From an uncultured Chloroflexia bacterium (GTDB taxonomy: Bacteria > Chloroflexota > Chloroflexia > QHBQ01 > JADMIH01), in assembly GCA_963797095.1 (NCBI GenBank), contig CAWCNY010000001.1, positions 416,001-480,000 on the forward strand: a stretch of DNA of 64,000 nucleotides, read 5' to 3'. Positions 1-9,786 of this stretch are shown piece by piece (position 1 is the stretch's first letter; each line of letters opens with the position of its first letter). The notes below the pieces were generated by a model. The model saw only the letters and a list, made by a program, of their open reading frames with translations. It was not told the DNA's origin and did no database searches. A program made the translations under genes and the position numbers.

Positions 1-18
1 CTATCCTACTAACCATAC

Positions 19-513
19 TCAACTGACCAACTCATCTAGGGAAGCCTGGTCGTCTTTCTCAGGGTTCCACACAACTAGACCGCTTGCCTTAGCCGCAGTT
101 GCCATTCGATTGTCCGATGTCACTAACGCCAAATCGTCCCCGCCTTTCCGAAACGACTGGCTCAACTGCAAAGCGCAACTCAAGATGATGGCGTCTGTGG
201 CATTGAGCGAGTACTGCTCAATGAGAGGCAAAGATGCCAGCACCAAATCATCTGACACCGATTGGAGTGGGATCCCCGTGTTGCTAACCACTTCATTGTG
301 AAATTCCACGATTGCCTGCCGGTAAACGGCATCAGAAATCTGTCCGGCGTTTCTCCGGCGCACAAGGATGGATATTACTTCTCCAAGAGCGAGCACCAGT
401 GCGGTCATGCGCTCCTTTGAAACACTTTGGAATAAGTGGTTGACTAACGGTGTTCCGATCTCAGGAACGTATCGCTTGCCCAATGCACTGGCGTCAAGGA
501 AGAAATAATTCAC
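19..513 (-). CDS. PIN-domain (VapC-like) toxin
   Basis: N-terminal FFLDASAL.KRY, later E and L.A.DAI, and LVTSD: the acidic PIN motif set. Confidence 0.85.
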   Translation of the reverse strand: MNYFFLDASALGKRYVPEIGTPLVNHLFQSVSKERMTALVLALGEVISILVRRRNAGQISDAVYRQAIVEFHNEVVSNTGIPLQSVSDDLVLASLPLIEQYSLNATDAIILSCALQLSQSFRKGGDDLALVTSDNRMATAAKASGLVVWNPEKDDQASLDELVS

Positions 514-546
514 TCGTTGCTACCCTCTACTCCTCACTGCCCTTTA

Positions 547-912
547 CTACTCTTCCCGCATAGCAATTATGCCACTGCTCAACAGGTTCTCTTCCGGACG
601 CACACCCTCTCCCAGCATCATCGTTTGTAGCTTCTCAGCGCCAATCGGCTGAACGGTTATGCCTACTCGCGCAAACCACTCATCGAACCACTCTCCCCAG
701 TGTGCCTTGTTTACCTGTTGATCTGGTCTGGCAGTTCCAGCAGTTCCAGCAGTTCCAGCGGTCCTCCAATCTTGTAGAGTTGCATTATTCGTGTTGGAGC
801 TGGTGTTTGTACCGGTAAGTTTGTCCAAGACCAGATGCACCTCACTCAATTCCCGCTCAATCCGTTCGATCTTCTCCTGTAGATCATGCAAATCTTTCCT
901 AATAGCTGACAT
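547..912 (-). CDS. Putative cognate antitoxin
   Basis: Small ORF directly upstream of the PIN gene on the same strand; contains (GCAGTTCCA)x3 at 731-757. Confidence 0.55.
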   Translation of the reverse strand: MSAIRKDLHDLQEKIERIERELSEVHLVLDKLTGTNTSSNTNNATLQDWRTAGTAGTAGTARPDQQVNKAHWGEWFDEWFARVGITVQPIGAEKLQTMMLGEGVRPEENLLSSGIIAMREE

Positions 913-1123
913 GATATTACGCCTCCCAAGTGAAACGTCTGAGTGTTATGTTGTCATATTTGTTATACTCCAAGCTCTTTACTCTGTCCAAGTGCTAAAC
1001 ACGTAAGCGGCAAGCGGCCAGGTCTGAGTCTCTAAGTCTGAGTGCCAAAAAGGTCCCGATTTGGGCCATTGGACTGATCTACTCGCCTGCGTATGTGGGA
1101 GGCTGTGAAGTTGCGGATTCATT

Positions 1124-3003
1124 GGGATCTCCCGCGCTTTTGGTGAAGCAGCATGGCGGACCTCAAACATTGTAGAATCTAGTGAGCAGCCTTCCAATTT
1201 AATCCCCACTAACCCTCTGCTGCTCCTAGAAGACTATGCCGTGCTTGCTCAATTCTTATTGCCAGCGCCAGAAACCCTCGATTTGCGGGCCGTCCTTGCT
1301 GATGCCACTGGCCTCACCCTCGTGGTGGCTACAACTGCCCCCCACGTATCTTGTCCTACTTGCGAGGAACCGACCGCTCGGTGCCATAGCCGCTATCAGC
1401 GCATGCTTGCTGATGTTCCCTGGGCCAGCCTTGCCGTCCGTCTGCACCTGCAGACCCGCCGTTTCTTCTGTTCCAATCCCCTCTGTCCACGCCGTATCTT
1501 CACTGAACGCTTTCCAGCGCTTGCTGCCCCTTCCGCCCGACGTACCGCTCGCCTGACCACCCTGTTACACAGCGTGGGTCAGGCACTTGGTGGCGAACCT
1601 GGTGCTCGCCTCAGCCAACAGTTGAGCCTGCTTACTAGTCCAACCACCCTGCTACGTCTGGTACGCCAAACATCCGACCCGCACACCAGTGCACCCAGTA
1701 TCATAGGCATCGATGATTTCGCCTTTCGCAAGGGCCGTACATACGGCACCATCCTGGTCGATCATGAGCGCGGTCAGATTATTGACCTCCTGCCGGATCG
1801 CACTACGGAGAGTGTCGCCGCTTGGCTGCGTGCTCATCCCAGCGTCAACATCATTACCCGCGACCGCGCCGAGGCTTATGCCCAAGGAGCCGCACAGGGC
1901 GCCCCGCAGGCCACTCAGGTTGCCGACCGCTAGCACCTGCTGTGCAACCTCAGCGAGACCTTGGATGAAGTGCTCACCCGGCTCTACCCCGAATTGTGCC
2001 GGGCACTGACCGATAGCCCCGATGGCCCCGCGGCAACCTCAGACCTTACAGCCTCCCATACCACCAAGGTCTCAACCCAGCAACTCAGCGATCCTCCTGA
2101 GCAGGGAACCGCAGGGGCAACGCCTACCGCGCCGCTCAAGGATCACAACGGTCAAGCCGGCCTCAACTCGACAGGCCGAGTTAGTGCTCGTGTTCTCCAG
2201 TTGCAGCAACAGCGGCGGGAAGAACGCTTGGCTCGCTACGAGCAAGTCCACAGCCTCCGTCAGGCTGGCCAATCGATCCACCAGATTGCCTCTACCCTGG
2301 ACATGGGTGAGCGAACGGTGAACAGGTTCCTACGCGCAGCGGCCTTTCCCGAACGAAAACACCGGAGGCCTTCGGCACGTGAACTCGACATGTACAAGGA
2401 TTATCTGCGCCAACGCTGGGCGGGGGGCTGTCGAAATCGGGCGCGGCTATGGCGGGAGATAGAGGAGCTTGGATACAAGGGTGGTTCCTCCAGTGTATAT
2501 GCGTGGCTGTGTCAGTTGCATGGGTTGAAGCGCGATGAGCAGCGAGGCGGGGTCGATAGTCAACGGCGGCGGACGGTCAGCCTGCGGAAATGGAAGGTGC
2601 GTTTCGGGCAGCCAGCCGAGAAGTTGACGGTCGAGGAAGCGCAAGAGGTGGCACAAGTCTGTGCTGACAGCGCCGAACTGGGCAAAGTTTACAAACTGGC
2701 GCAGGAATTTGGGGCGATAGTGCGCGAGCACAAGCGGGTGGAGTTTGATGGTTGGCTCCAACAAGCACTGGACAGTGGAGTGGAGGAGATGGTACGGTTT
2801 GCCCGTGGATTGCAGGGGGACTATGCAGCGGTAGCCGCAGCAATCGAACTGGCTTTTAGCAATGGACCGACTGAAGGCCACGTCAACCGCCTGAAAGCCG
2901 TCAAACGGACCATGTTTGGGCGGGCTAAGTTCGACTTACTACGCAAGAGGGTGCTCTGTGCCAGTTGACAGCCAGCCCCTTCACCAAAAGCGCGGGAGAT
3001 CCC
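1124..3003 (+). mobile_element. ISL3-family insertion sequence
   Basis: Perfect 25-bp terminal IRs GGGATCTCCCGCGCTTTTGGTGAAG at 1124-1148 and 2979-3003; flanks are not duplicated. Confidence 0.9.
1241..2968 (+). pseudogene. ISL3 transposase with one in-frame stop
   Basis: Zn finger CPTC, IGIDDFAFRKG, DRAEAY, SNGPTEGHVNRLK; TAG at 1931-1933 falls in VADR[W]HL and the downstream ORF is in the same frame. Confidence 0.9.
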
Positions 3004-3031
3004 ACTTAATTTCCAACTTTACAGGTTTTGA

Positions 3032-3286
3032 ATGGCCTCCAACTACGGGGAGCGGTATCGCAATGGAGAGCGGATCAGCACCAGTTTCGCTGAATTGACT
3101 ATTAACCAGGTGATCAGTAAGCGGATGGCCAAGAAACAGCTGATGCAATGGACGCCAGAAGGAGCGCACCTACTGCTGCAAGTGCGGACTGCGGTAATCA
3201 ATGAAGATTGGGAAGACATATTCCGGACCTGGTATCCCCAGTTTCGGCTCGTGGCGTCAGACGAAGAGAACCGTGAAGCAGCCTGA
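3032..3286 (+). pseudogene. ISKra4-family transposase C-terminal remnant
   Basis: NYGERYRNGERIST.FAE..INQVISKRM.KKQ.MQWT..GAHLLLQVR; 5' part missing next to the ISL3 end. Confidence 0.8.
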
Positions 3287-3312
3287 TGCCCCCGACTTTT
3301 CACTGCTCTCCC

Positions 3313-3581
3313 TTATTGTAGCTGCGATAAGGATACCGGATAGATTACCTGAGCGCCAACTCTTGGTCCTGAGTTCTGCCGCTTCCCGTCAGTGCCGAGC
3401 TGCTCAAAACGGCTGAGCCACTTGCGGAGGGTAGGTCTGGAGATTCCGCACCGGCGGCAAACCAGACCAGCATCGCCCGTTCTTTGGAAGAGTCTTATCC
3501 ACCTCAATCTCTGCCTGATCTCGTCGTCCATGCGGCGATTGTATCATCAACCAATTGCAACCATGTCCCCGAACTTGAACA
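3313..3581 (-). pseudogene. IS481-family left end plus N-terminal transposase fragment
   Basis: HTH CRRCGISRPTLRKWLSRF; TGT-starting end (TGTTCAAGTTCGGGGACAT) at 3581. Confidence 0.7.
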
Positions 3582-3927
3582 CTTCTCGCATTGGGGACGA
3601 TTCTGTCCCGGGTACCCAGGATAGACGAGCCGCGATCCAAGAGTTGGCGACCGACGCCTTTGGGACCAGTGCCGATAACATCCAGATATTCGAAGGGCTA
3701 TTTCTGAGAAGCGAGCGGGTGTATCTCGCTTTAGTTCAAAAGCGTGACTCAGGAGATGTCTACGTAATCGGAACAGGTTTCGACCCTTACCATGTCCAGT
3801 TCCCCGAAGGATCGCGCTGGCGACAACTATCGCGGGCTGTCGGCCATTTGCTTCGGGCCGGAATGCTGAAAACTCCTGCGGAGAAGTGAGCCGACGCGGC
3901 CCTAGCTCTTACTGACAAGATCGCAGT

Positions 3928-4263
3928 ATGCCTCTGACAAAGATAACAGCTAGCTTTCTATACCTGATCTACATAGGCTCCAGTGGGTGGTGCCTGTTGG
4001 CAATATTGGAGCTTGTAGTTCGTATGGGTCATGGTTCTGGTATGTATTCCGATTACGGGAAAAATACTGGTGAGGTAGTTCTTGCTTTTGGATTTCTGGC
4101 CACACTCTTGTTATGGCTGGTAATTGGCACTGTTGTTGGTATCAAAGTGCTGCGTGGACAATTGAGTTCTGAGATGGCTCGGAACTGCAACACTTGGTGC
4201 TGTACTCATCATACTACCACCGACACTAGTATACCTCTTAGGCGTTGGGCACTCTTGAGGTAG
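3928..4263 (+). CDS. Small hypothetical membrane protein
   Basis: Two hydrophobic segments in a 111-aa ORF. Confidence 0.4.
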   Translation: MPLTKITASFLYLIYIGSSGWCLLAILELVVRMGHGSGMYSDYGKNTGEVVLAFGFLATLLLWLVIGTVVGIKVLRGQLSSEMARNCNTWCCTHHTTTDTSIPLRRWALLR

Positions 4264-4301
4264 CTACCTCGGCGCAGTGACGCAACTTCGGAGTAAAAAG
4301 C

Positions 4302-4769
4302 GTGGCAACTCTTCACCTAATGGTTGGACTTCCTTGCTCAGGGAAAACAACGCTTGCCAAGAAGCTTGAACAGGAACGCTCGGCACTCAGATTGACACCC
4401 GATGAGTGGCAGCTTGGTCTCTTTGGGCAAGATGCACAAGAGCCGGAACATGACGCCAGACATAGCTTTATCGAGGCCATGCTTTGGAATATCGCGAGCA
4501 GGGCGTTGGAATTGGGAGCGAACGTCATCCTCGATTTTGGCTTCTGGGCACGAGAAGAACGCGAAGATTTCCGGCAGCGGGCGAAACGAGTGGGAGCCAG
4601 CAGTGAGGTACATTTTCTTGATGTGCCAGCAGAGGAGCTACTGAGGCGGCTTGCTGTCAGGAACTCGCAACCCTCACAGGAGAGCTTCCACATTTCCGGA
4701 GAAAGCATGAAGCTTTGGATAGCGTTTTTCCAGAAGCCGACACCTGAAGAACTTGAACGGAGAGTATAA
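4302..4769 (+). CDS. AAA_33-type P-loop kinase/ATPase
   Basis: GLPCSGKTT Walker A; VILDFGFW..EER. Confidence 0.85.
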   Translation: MATLHLMVGLPCSGKTTLAKKLEQERSALRLTPDEWQLGLFGQDAQEPEHDARHSFIEAMLWNIASRALELGANVILDFGFWAREEREDFRQRAKRVGASSEVHFLDVPAEELLRRLAVRNSQPSQESFHISGESMKLWIAFFQKPTPEELERRV

Positions 4770-4772
4770 CCC

Positions 4773-5243
4773 ATGTTCAAACGGAAAGAAGCATCCAAAC
4801 CGAACCCAGCCCTTGAACCCTTCCATGTATTGATTGGAAGCTGGAGTACGACCGGAACACACGGTCAAGACCCAGGTACTATTCTCCATGGGCATACCTC
4901 GTTCGAATGGCTGGAGAACGGAGCATTTTTGCTGATGCGCTCGGAGATTGACGATCCGCGCTTTCCGAGCGCCGTCGCGATTATTGGCAGCGACGCTGCT
5001 AGAGACGATGCTGAAGGCGAATACTATATGCTCACCTTTGATGAGCGCGGTGTCTCAAGAAAGTATGAAGTTAGCCTGCGCGACAATATCTGGAAATGGT
5101 GGAGAGACGCGCCAGGTTTCCTCCAACGCTATGAGGGTATCATTGAAGACGGCGGTAATACTATAATCAGCAAAGGAGAGTTGTCGAAAGACGGCCTATC
5201 CTGGGAGCAGGATCTCAACTTGACGTACAAGCGGGTTGAGTGA
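4773..5243 (+). CDS. Hypothetical beta-rich protein (DUF1579-like)
   Basis: LIGSW.T.G...G.TSFEWL..G.FL and YYMLTFDERGVSR pattern; 3 nt after the previous gene. Confidence 0.6.
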   Translation: MFKRKEASKPNPALEPFHVLIGSWSTTGTHGQDPGTILHGHTSFEWLENGAFLLMRSEIDDPRFPSAVAIIGSDAARDDAEGEYYMLTFDERGVSRKYEVSLRDNIWKWWRDAPGFLQRYEGIIEDGGNTIISKGELSKDGLSWEQDLNLTYKRVE

Positions 5244-5312
5244 TGACTCCACGTCGGCTAAAGCCGAGCAGCTTCTACGGACTTTCACCGATGCATACTC
5301 ATCCATATGCAA
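5240..5312 (-). mobile_element. Orphan IS200/IS605 right end (omegaRNA-like)
   Basis: Reverse complement AGAAGCTGCTCGGCTTTAGCCGACGTGGAGTCATCAC aligns without gaps to the right end at 9654-9690. Confidence 0.75.
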
Positions 5313-5611
5313 CTAAGGTTTGCACTATAGGAGACACCTGAGATGCTTTTACATGACGCAAGGATTTCTACGTCACAACCCGCTAACATCTTGCATTATC
5401 AAAGTGCGGACTACTACCCGAAGGCAATAGTGGCGTGTAGCATTGGTTAGCTGCCACGCTACCCACATTATACCACAAAAGGAGAGACTATGAACGACCT
5501 TTTGTCCGCCTCACCGCAGCCCATAAATGGGCGTGGCTTTAGCAAAACCTCGGTAAGCAGCAATGAAGTGCGCGTAGGACCGGAGCGCACAACGTAAAGT
5601 AGAGCAACTCG

Positions 5612-6079
5612 ATGACAGACACGTTCGAGACCAAGTTACGTGCAGCACTTGGGAATAGTGGCTCAAGCAGCAGGAACCTTTCGGCCTTCGCGCTAGACAT
5701 CGAGCACTTTATGGAGAAAACGGGACTGTTCTCGCGCATTCAGCTCAAGAAGACCGGAGAACCCAAGCGTGCGCTGCTCATGACCTGTCAGCTCTCCGAC
5801 CCAACCACCCTACCAGACCTGGTAATTGAGAAACTGGCGCAGGTTTGGAACGAAACTCCACTGGGTTGTGGCGGAGAGTACGATGCATACGAGTTCCAGC
5901 ACAGCGCTGAGGACATCCCCATGAGGTTTGTTATTGTAGCGGTCCACGAAGCCCTTGTCACTGGAGAGGTTTTTGTCGCGGGCTTTGCTGAGCGCGAGTT
6001 TGGACCTACGGTGGCCGAGCGCGACGAGGCAGGCACCTTCGACCGTTGGGTATTCGACAAATGTGCATGCACCACCTGA
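5612..6079 (+). CDS. Hypothetical protein
   Basis: 155-aa ORF overlapping the start of the NUDIX gene. Confidence 0.45.
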   Translation: MTDTFETKLRAALGNSGSSSRNLSAFALDIEHFMEKTGLFSRIQLKKTGEPKRALLMTCQLSDPTTLPDLVIEKLAQVWNETPLGCGGEYDAYEFQHSAEDIPMRFVIVAVHEALVTGEVFVAGFAEREFGPTVAERDEAGTFDRWVFDKCACTT

Positions 6080-6558
6080 TCCACATCGAGCAGCCAGACG
6101 CGCCCATCTTCAACTTCAGAGCAGCAGCTATAATCCTTGACGGAGAGTGGGTGCTTCTGCACAGGGCTGAGATCGACGATTTCTGGGCACCGCCTGGTGG
6201 GCGCGTGGAGTTGGGCGAGGCAGCAGCAGAGGCGCTCGCTCGTGAGATGCGCGAAGAGACCGGCCTGCAAGTACGTGTCGGGCGGCTCCTCTGGGTGGCA
6301 GAGAGCTTTTTCACGTTCGAGGCTCGTGCCCAGCATGGTATATGCTTCTACTTCCTCGTCCACCTGCCGGAAGGCTCTTCCATCCTGGACAAAGATAAGC
6401 CGTTCGCCGGACAAGAAGAAGAAGGACTGAAGCTGGAGTTCTGCTGGTTCCACCGGAGGGACGTTGCCGATCTCGATGTTCGGCCTGCCTTCCTGAGGGC
6501 TGCATTGCAGGAGCTACCTGATACACTTGTACATATCCTCGATGTTGAAAGAAGATAG
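6046..6558 (+). CDS. NUDIX hydrolase
   Basis: Nudix box GGRVELGE...EALAREMREETG. Confidence 0.9.
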   Translation: MGIRQMCMHHLIHIEQPDAPIFNFRAAAIILDGEWVLLHRAEIDDFWAPPGGRVELGEAAAEALAREMREETGLQVRVGRLLWVAESFFTFEARAQHGICFYFLVHLPEGSSILDKDKPFAGQEEEGLKLEFCWFHRRDVADLDVRPAFLRAALQELPDTLVHILDVERR

Positions 6559-6618
6559 CATCTGACTTCTACCGGCTGCAGGCCAGACCGCCTGACCGCA
6601 GGCCTCACGACGCAACAG

Positions 6619-7641
6619 CTACCAGGCGAGGCTATCCAGATGGTTATGGCCCGAGAGCACGCGAGCAATTCGCTCCCGCGCCGCTGCGCGTACGTCAGGC
6701 GCAGGGTGGTGTGCGTAGAGCGCGAGCTCCCTCTGCATGTCATAGAAGAGCAACCGGTCGTGCAGACGCTCGCCCTCGAACAGTTCCGGATAGGCGCTCC
6801 GCAGCCATCCCGGGACCGCACTGAGAGTGGCCTCGTCGAGCCCTCGCTCGCCAGGTACAGGTGGGTACTCGCCCGCCTTCGCGCACCATCGCAGGATCGT
6901 GTCGAGTTCGACGTCCGCCGGCTGGGCCAACAACTCCGCGAAGTCGACAATGCCCGTGACGCGTCCTTCGTCGACGACCACGTTGGATCCGTGAACGTCG
7001 CCATGGACGAGCACGGGTTCGTCGCCAGCGAACAACGGTTGCCGTTGCTGGATCCAAGCAGTGACCTCCGAGAGGAGGCGTGCGTCGTGACCGGGTTGTC
7101 GCCGGGCGCTCTCGACCGAATGGAGCGCGGCATTCACCACGGGTGGGTGGAACGAGACCCGCGGCTTGCCGGTGAGCGCGTCGGCCAGCCAGGGTGGCAG
7201 CAGGTCCGCCGCGACCGGAACCCGGTGCAGCGCGCGCAGCGCAGTTCCGAGGCTCTCGATCATTGCTTGGCGTGTGGGCACGTCCGCCGCCGGCCACGCG
7301 TCGTGCAGACTTCGGCCGGGCAGACGTTCGCCGATGTACCACGGTCCGTCCGGGCCCTCGCCGTGGCCGAGGAGTTGGGCGTGTGGGACCTTGGTGCCGG
7401 CGAGCAGGTTGATCACGGTAGCCTCGTGCTGAAACGAGTCGCGAAACCGCACGTCGCTCAGTCGTACGACGATTTCGTCTCCTATCCACACGCGGTTAAC
7501 CCAACCGTGCTTCGCAACAAAGCGTCCGGTTGCTGGCAGACCAGCGGCCGCCAGCGTCCGACGTAGGGCCGGATCGTTGGCGGGCTCGTCGATGAACGAT
7601 ACTGACCGGCCGGTCACACCACGCATTCTCACACCACACAC
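6619..7641 (-). CDS. Aminoglycoside phosphotransferase (APH)-family kinase
   Basis: Brenner motif LVHGDVHGSNVVV and GIVDF. Confidence 0.85.
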   Translation of the reverse strand: MCGVRMRGVTGRSVSFIDEPANDPALRRTLAAAGLPATGRFVAKHGWVNRVWIGDEIVVRLSDVRFRDSFQHEATVINLLAGTKVPHAQLLGHGEGPDGPWYIGERLPGRSLHDAWPAADVPTRQAMIESLGTALRALHRVPVAADLLPPWLADALTGKPRVSFHPPVVNAALHSVESARRQPGHDARLLSEVTAWIQQRQPLFAGDEPVLVHGDVHGSNVVVDEGRVTGIVDFAELLAQPADVELDTILRWCAKAGEYPPVPGERGLDEATLSAVPGWLRSAYPELFEGERLHDRLLFYDMQRELALYAHHPAPDVRAAARERIARVLSGHNHLDSLAW

Positions 7642-8160
7642 GACCTAACCCGAATCCAAGCCACCTGCAGCCGTCGCCGGTAGAACCCGACGACCGCCTC
7701 CTCTGCTCAAGCGCCTACCCGGAGCGGCAGCTTGCCTGGCCCATCAGTCCGGATAACTTTTACTGTACCTGATGAGCACCCAAACGTCAACTTCCCTCTA
7801 TACGTACCTAGGGCTTACGCATCTAAATGAGAGGCAAACAGCCACGGCGCTCGCAGGCGGATTTGGTAAGATTGCGGTAGCCACATGCAAAGGAGCTATC
7901 ATGCAATCAAGTGATGACCAATGCGCGGCGCTTGAGCAAAGACTACGAGGTGAAGCCCGCCGTCAGGGAGAGTTGGATTCTGCTGACGATGTGTCATCTG
8001 ATGCTCCAGCGCCTCGGCCCAGCGAGCCACAAACGCCGCGCCCGCCAGCCTCGAGATTGTGACAAGGTTTCCTAACAGCCAATCATGGGCCTACGGCTCA
8101 CCACCAAGGATGAAAATGGGTGTATGCTTACAATCTACAGATTTGGTGCATACTTAGGGC

Positions 8161-8550
8161 ATGGAGTACCAACGAGACGAACACCAAGTCCACCTGATTG
8201 TGTACCACCTTATCTGGTGTCCTAAAAGGCGCAAAAAGGTGCTTGTCAAAGACGTTGCGAAGGACTGCAAGGCTCTCATTCAAGAAGTATGTGCCTCTCA
8301 GGACTGGCAGATATTGGAGCTTGCTATCATGCCGGACCACATTCACTTGTTTGTAAGGGCACGACCTACGGATAGTGCGGCTGATATAGTCGGCAGGATA
8401 AAGGGCAGAACGTCGCACGACCTTAGAGAGAAGTACCCGCACCTGCTGAAACTCCCTAGTCTGTGGACAAGGTCGTACTTTTCGAGCACAGCAGGCAATA
8501 TCTCGGCTGACACCATTCAGAGGTACATAGAGGAGGAGAAGGGTATTTAG
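8161..8550 (+). CDS. tnpA: IS200/IS605 HUH (Y1) transposase
   Basis: YHLIWCPK.R, MPDHIHLF (HUH), LWTRSYF, catalytic Tyr in IQRYIE. Confidence 0.95.
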   Translation: MEYQRDEHQVHLIVYHLIWCPKRRKKVLVKDVAKDCKALIQEVCASQDWQILELAIMPDHIHLFVRARPTDSAADIVGRIKGRTSHDLREKYPHLLKLPSLWTRSYFSSTAGNISADTIQRYIEEEKGI

Positions 8551-9624
8551 ATGCTGGTCCGCCGCACCTACAAGTACATCCTTCGTCCTACCAGCAGGCA
8601 AGCACGTCTGTTGCAGCACAACATTGATTTGTGCAGGGAGTTGTACAATGCCGCCCTGCAACACCGTAGGGATGCCTATCGCATGGCAGGAAAGAGCGTT
8701 AGCTTTGCTGAACAATCCTCTGCGCTTGTAGAGTGCAAAGAGCGGAGACCAGACCTTGCCGACGTGTACAGCCAGACGTTGCAGGATGTCCTTCACAGGG
8801 TAGACAAGACCTATAAGGCTTTCTACGCACGTGTGAAGCGTGGCGATAAGGCTGGCTTTCCCCGGTTCCGCTCCTATGACCGGTACGATAGCTTCACCTA
8901 CCCTCAGTTGGGTTGGTCTCTCCAAAACGATAGATTGACGCTCTCCAAGATTGGCACTATCAAGCTGAAGTTGCACTGGCCTGTGCAGGGCAAAGTCAAA
9001 ACCGTACAAGTCAAGCGGGAAGGCAGCAAGTGGTTCGTGTGCTTCTCTGTCGAAACTGAGATACAAGTCCCTATTCATACCGGGCCTGCTGTCGGTATAG
9101 ACGTTGGCTTGGAGCACCTTGCCAACCTTTCTACCGGAGAGCAGGTCGAAAACCCCCGCTACTACCGCCGAGGGCAGAAACGGCTTGCCAAAGCGCAGAG
9201 GCAACTTGCTAAAGCTATTAGTATTAGGATGCATCGGGGGCGTAGGGAGTATCGCAAGCGTGTGGTTAGCTGCCACCGCAAGGTGCGTAACCAACGTGCC
9301 AACTTCTTGCACAAGTTGTCTCTTCGGCTGGTACAGACCTACTCCCTGATTGCGATAGAGAAGTTGTCGGTCAAGGGGTTGGCAGGCGGGATGCTTGCCA
9401 AGGCTGTGAATGATGCAGCGTGGTCTATCTTCACCGCACAACTGAGGTACAAGGCAGAATGCGCCGGTACGCAGTTGGTAGAGGTAGACCCGTCCTACAC
9501 TTCGCAGACCTGCCCAAAGTGCGGCAGCATCCGAAAGAAGGAACTTTCGGAACGTTGGCACCATTGTGATTGTGGCTTTGAGTGTCATAGAGATGTTGCC
9601 GCCGCTATGGTCATTCTTGCATGA
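8551..9624 (+). CDS. tnpB: RNA-guided endonuclease TnpB
   Basis: RuvC residues GIDVG, IAIEKL and RDVAAA; Zn ribbon CPKC..CDC; all intact. Confidence 0.95.
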   Translation: MLVRRTYKYILRPTSRQARLLQHNIDLCRELYNAALQHRRDAYRMAGKSVSFAEQSSALVECKERRPDLADVYSQTLQDVLHRVDKTYKAFYARVKRGDKAGFPRFRSYDRYDSFTYPQLGWSLQNDRLTLSKIGTIKLKLHWPVQGKVKTVQVKREGSKWFVCFSVETEIQVPIHTGPAVGIDVGLEHLANLSTGEQVENPRYYRRGQKRLAKAQRQLAKAISIRMHRGRREYRKRVVSCHRKVRNQRANFLHKLSLRLVQTYSLIAIEKLSVKGLAGGMLAKAVNDAAWSIFTAQLRYKAECAGTQLVEVDPSYTSQTCPKCGSIRKKELSERWHHCDCGFECHRDVAAAMVILA

Positions 9625-9786
9625 GGACTATCGTGCATGGGTATCCAATCCCTAGAAGCTACCTGGCTTTAGCCGGTGTAGAGTAGTCACGCTTGTTAAG
9701 TGCCTTTCGATAGGCGTCGGTCTCCCTTGCATTGGTTAGCTATCTCTGCTGACTATCCCGGAACGTTGAGTTGGGGCTGGACATCG

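Larger units (their letters stand above)
8100..9690 (+). mobile_element. IS200/IS605-family element (tnpA-tnpB)
   Basis: Adjacent tnpA and tnpB; right-end hairpin GGCTTTAGCC ending TCAC at 9690; left boundary approximate. Confidence 0.85.

Noticed and set aside
1931-1933. Amber read-through or pyrrolysine in the ISL3 transposase
   Set aside because: A single TGG-to-TAG change at a conserved Trp explains it; other genes here use TAG as a normal stop
3392-3889. 165-aa protein
   Set aside because: The first part is the IS481 end read antisense; only 3582-3889 could be a gene remnant
6640-7566. 308-aa plus-strand ORF
   Set aside because: Antisense shadow of the GC-rich APH gene
8128-9588. 486-aa minus-strand ORF
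   Set aside because: Antisense shadow of tnpA-tnpB with no recognisable motifs
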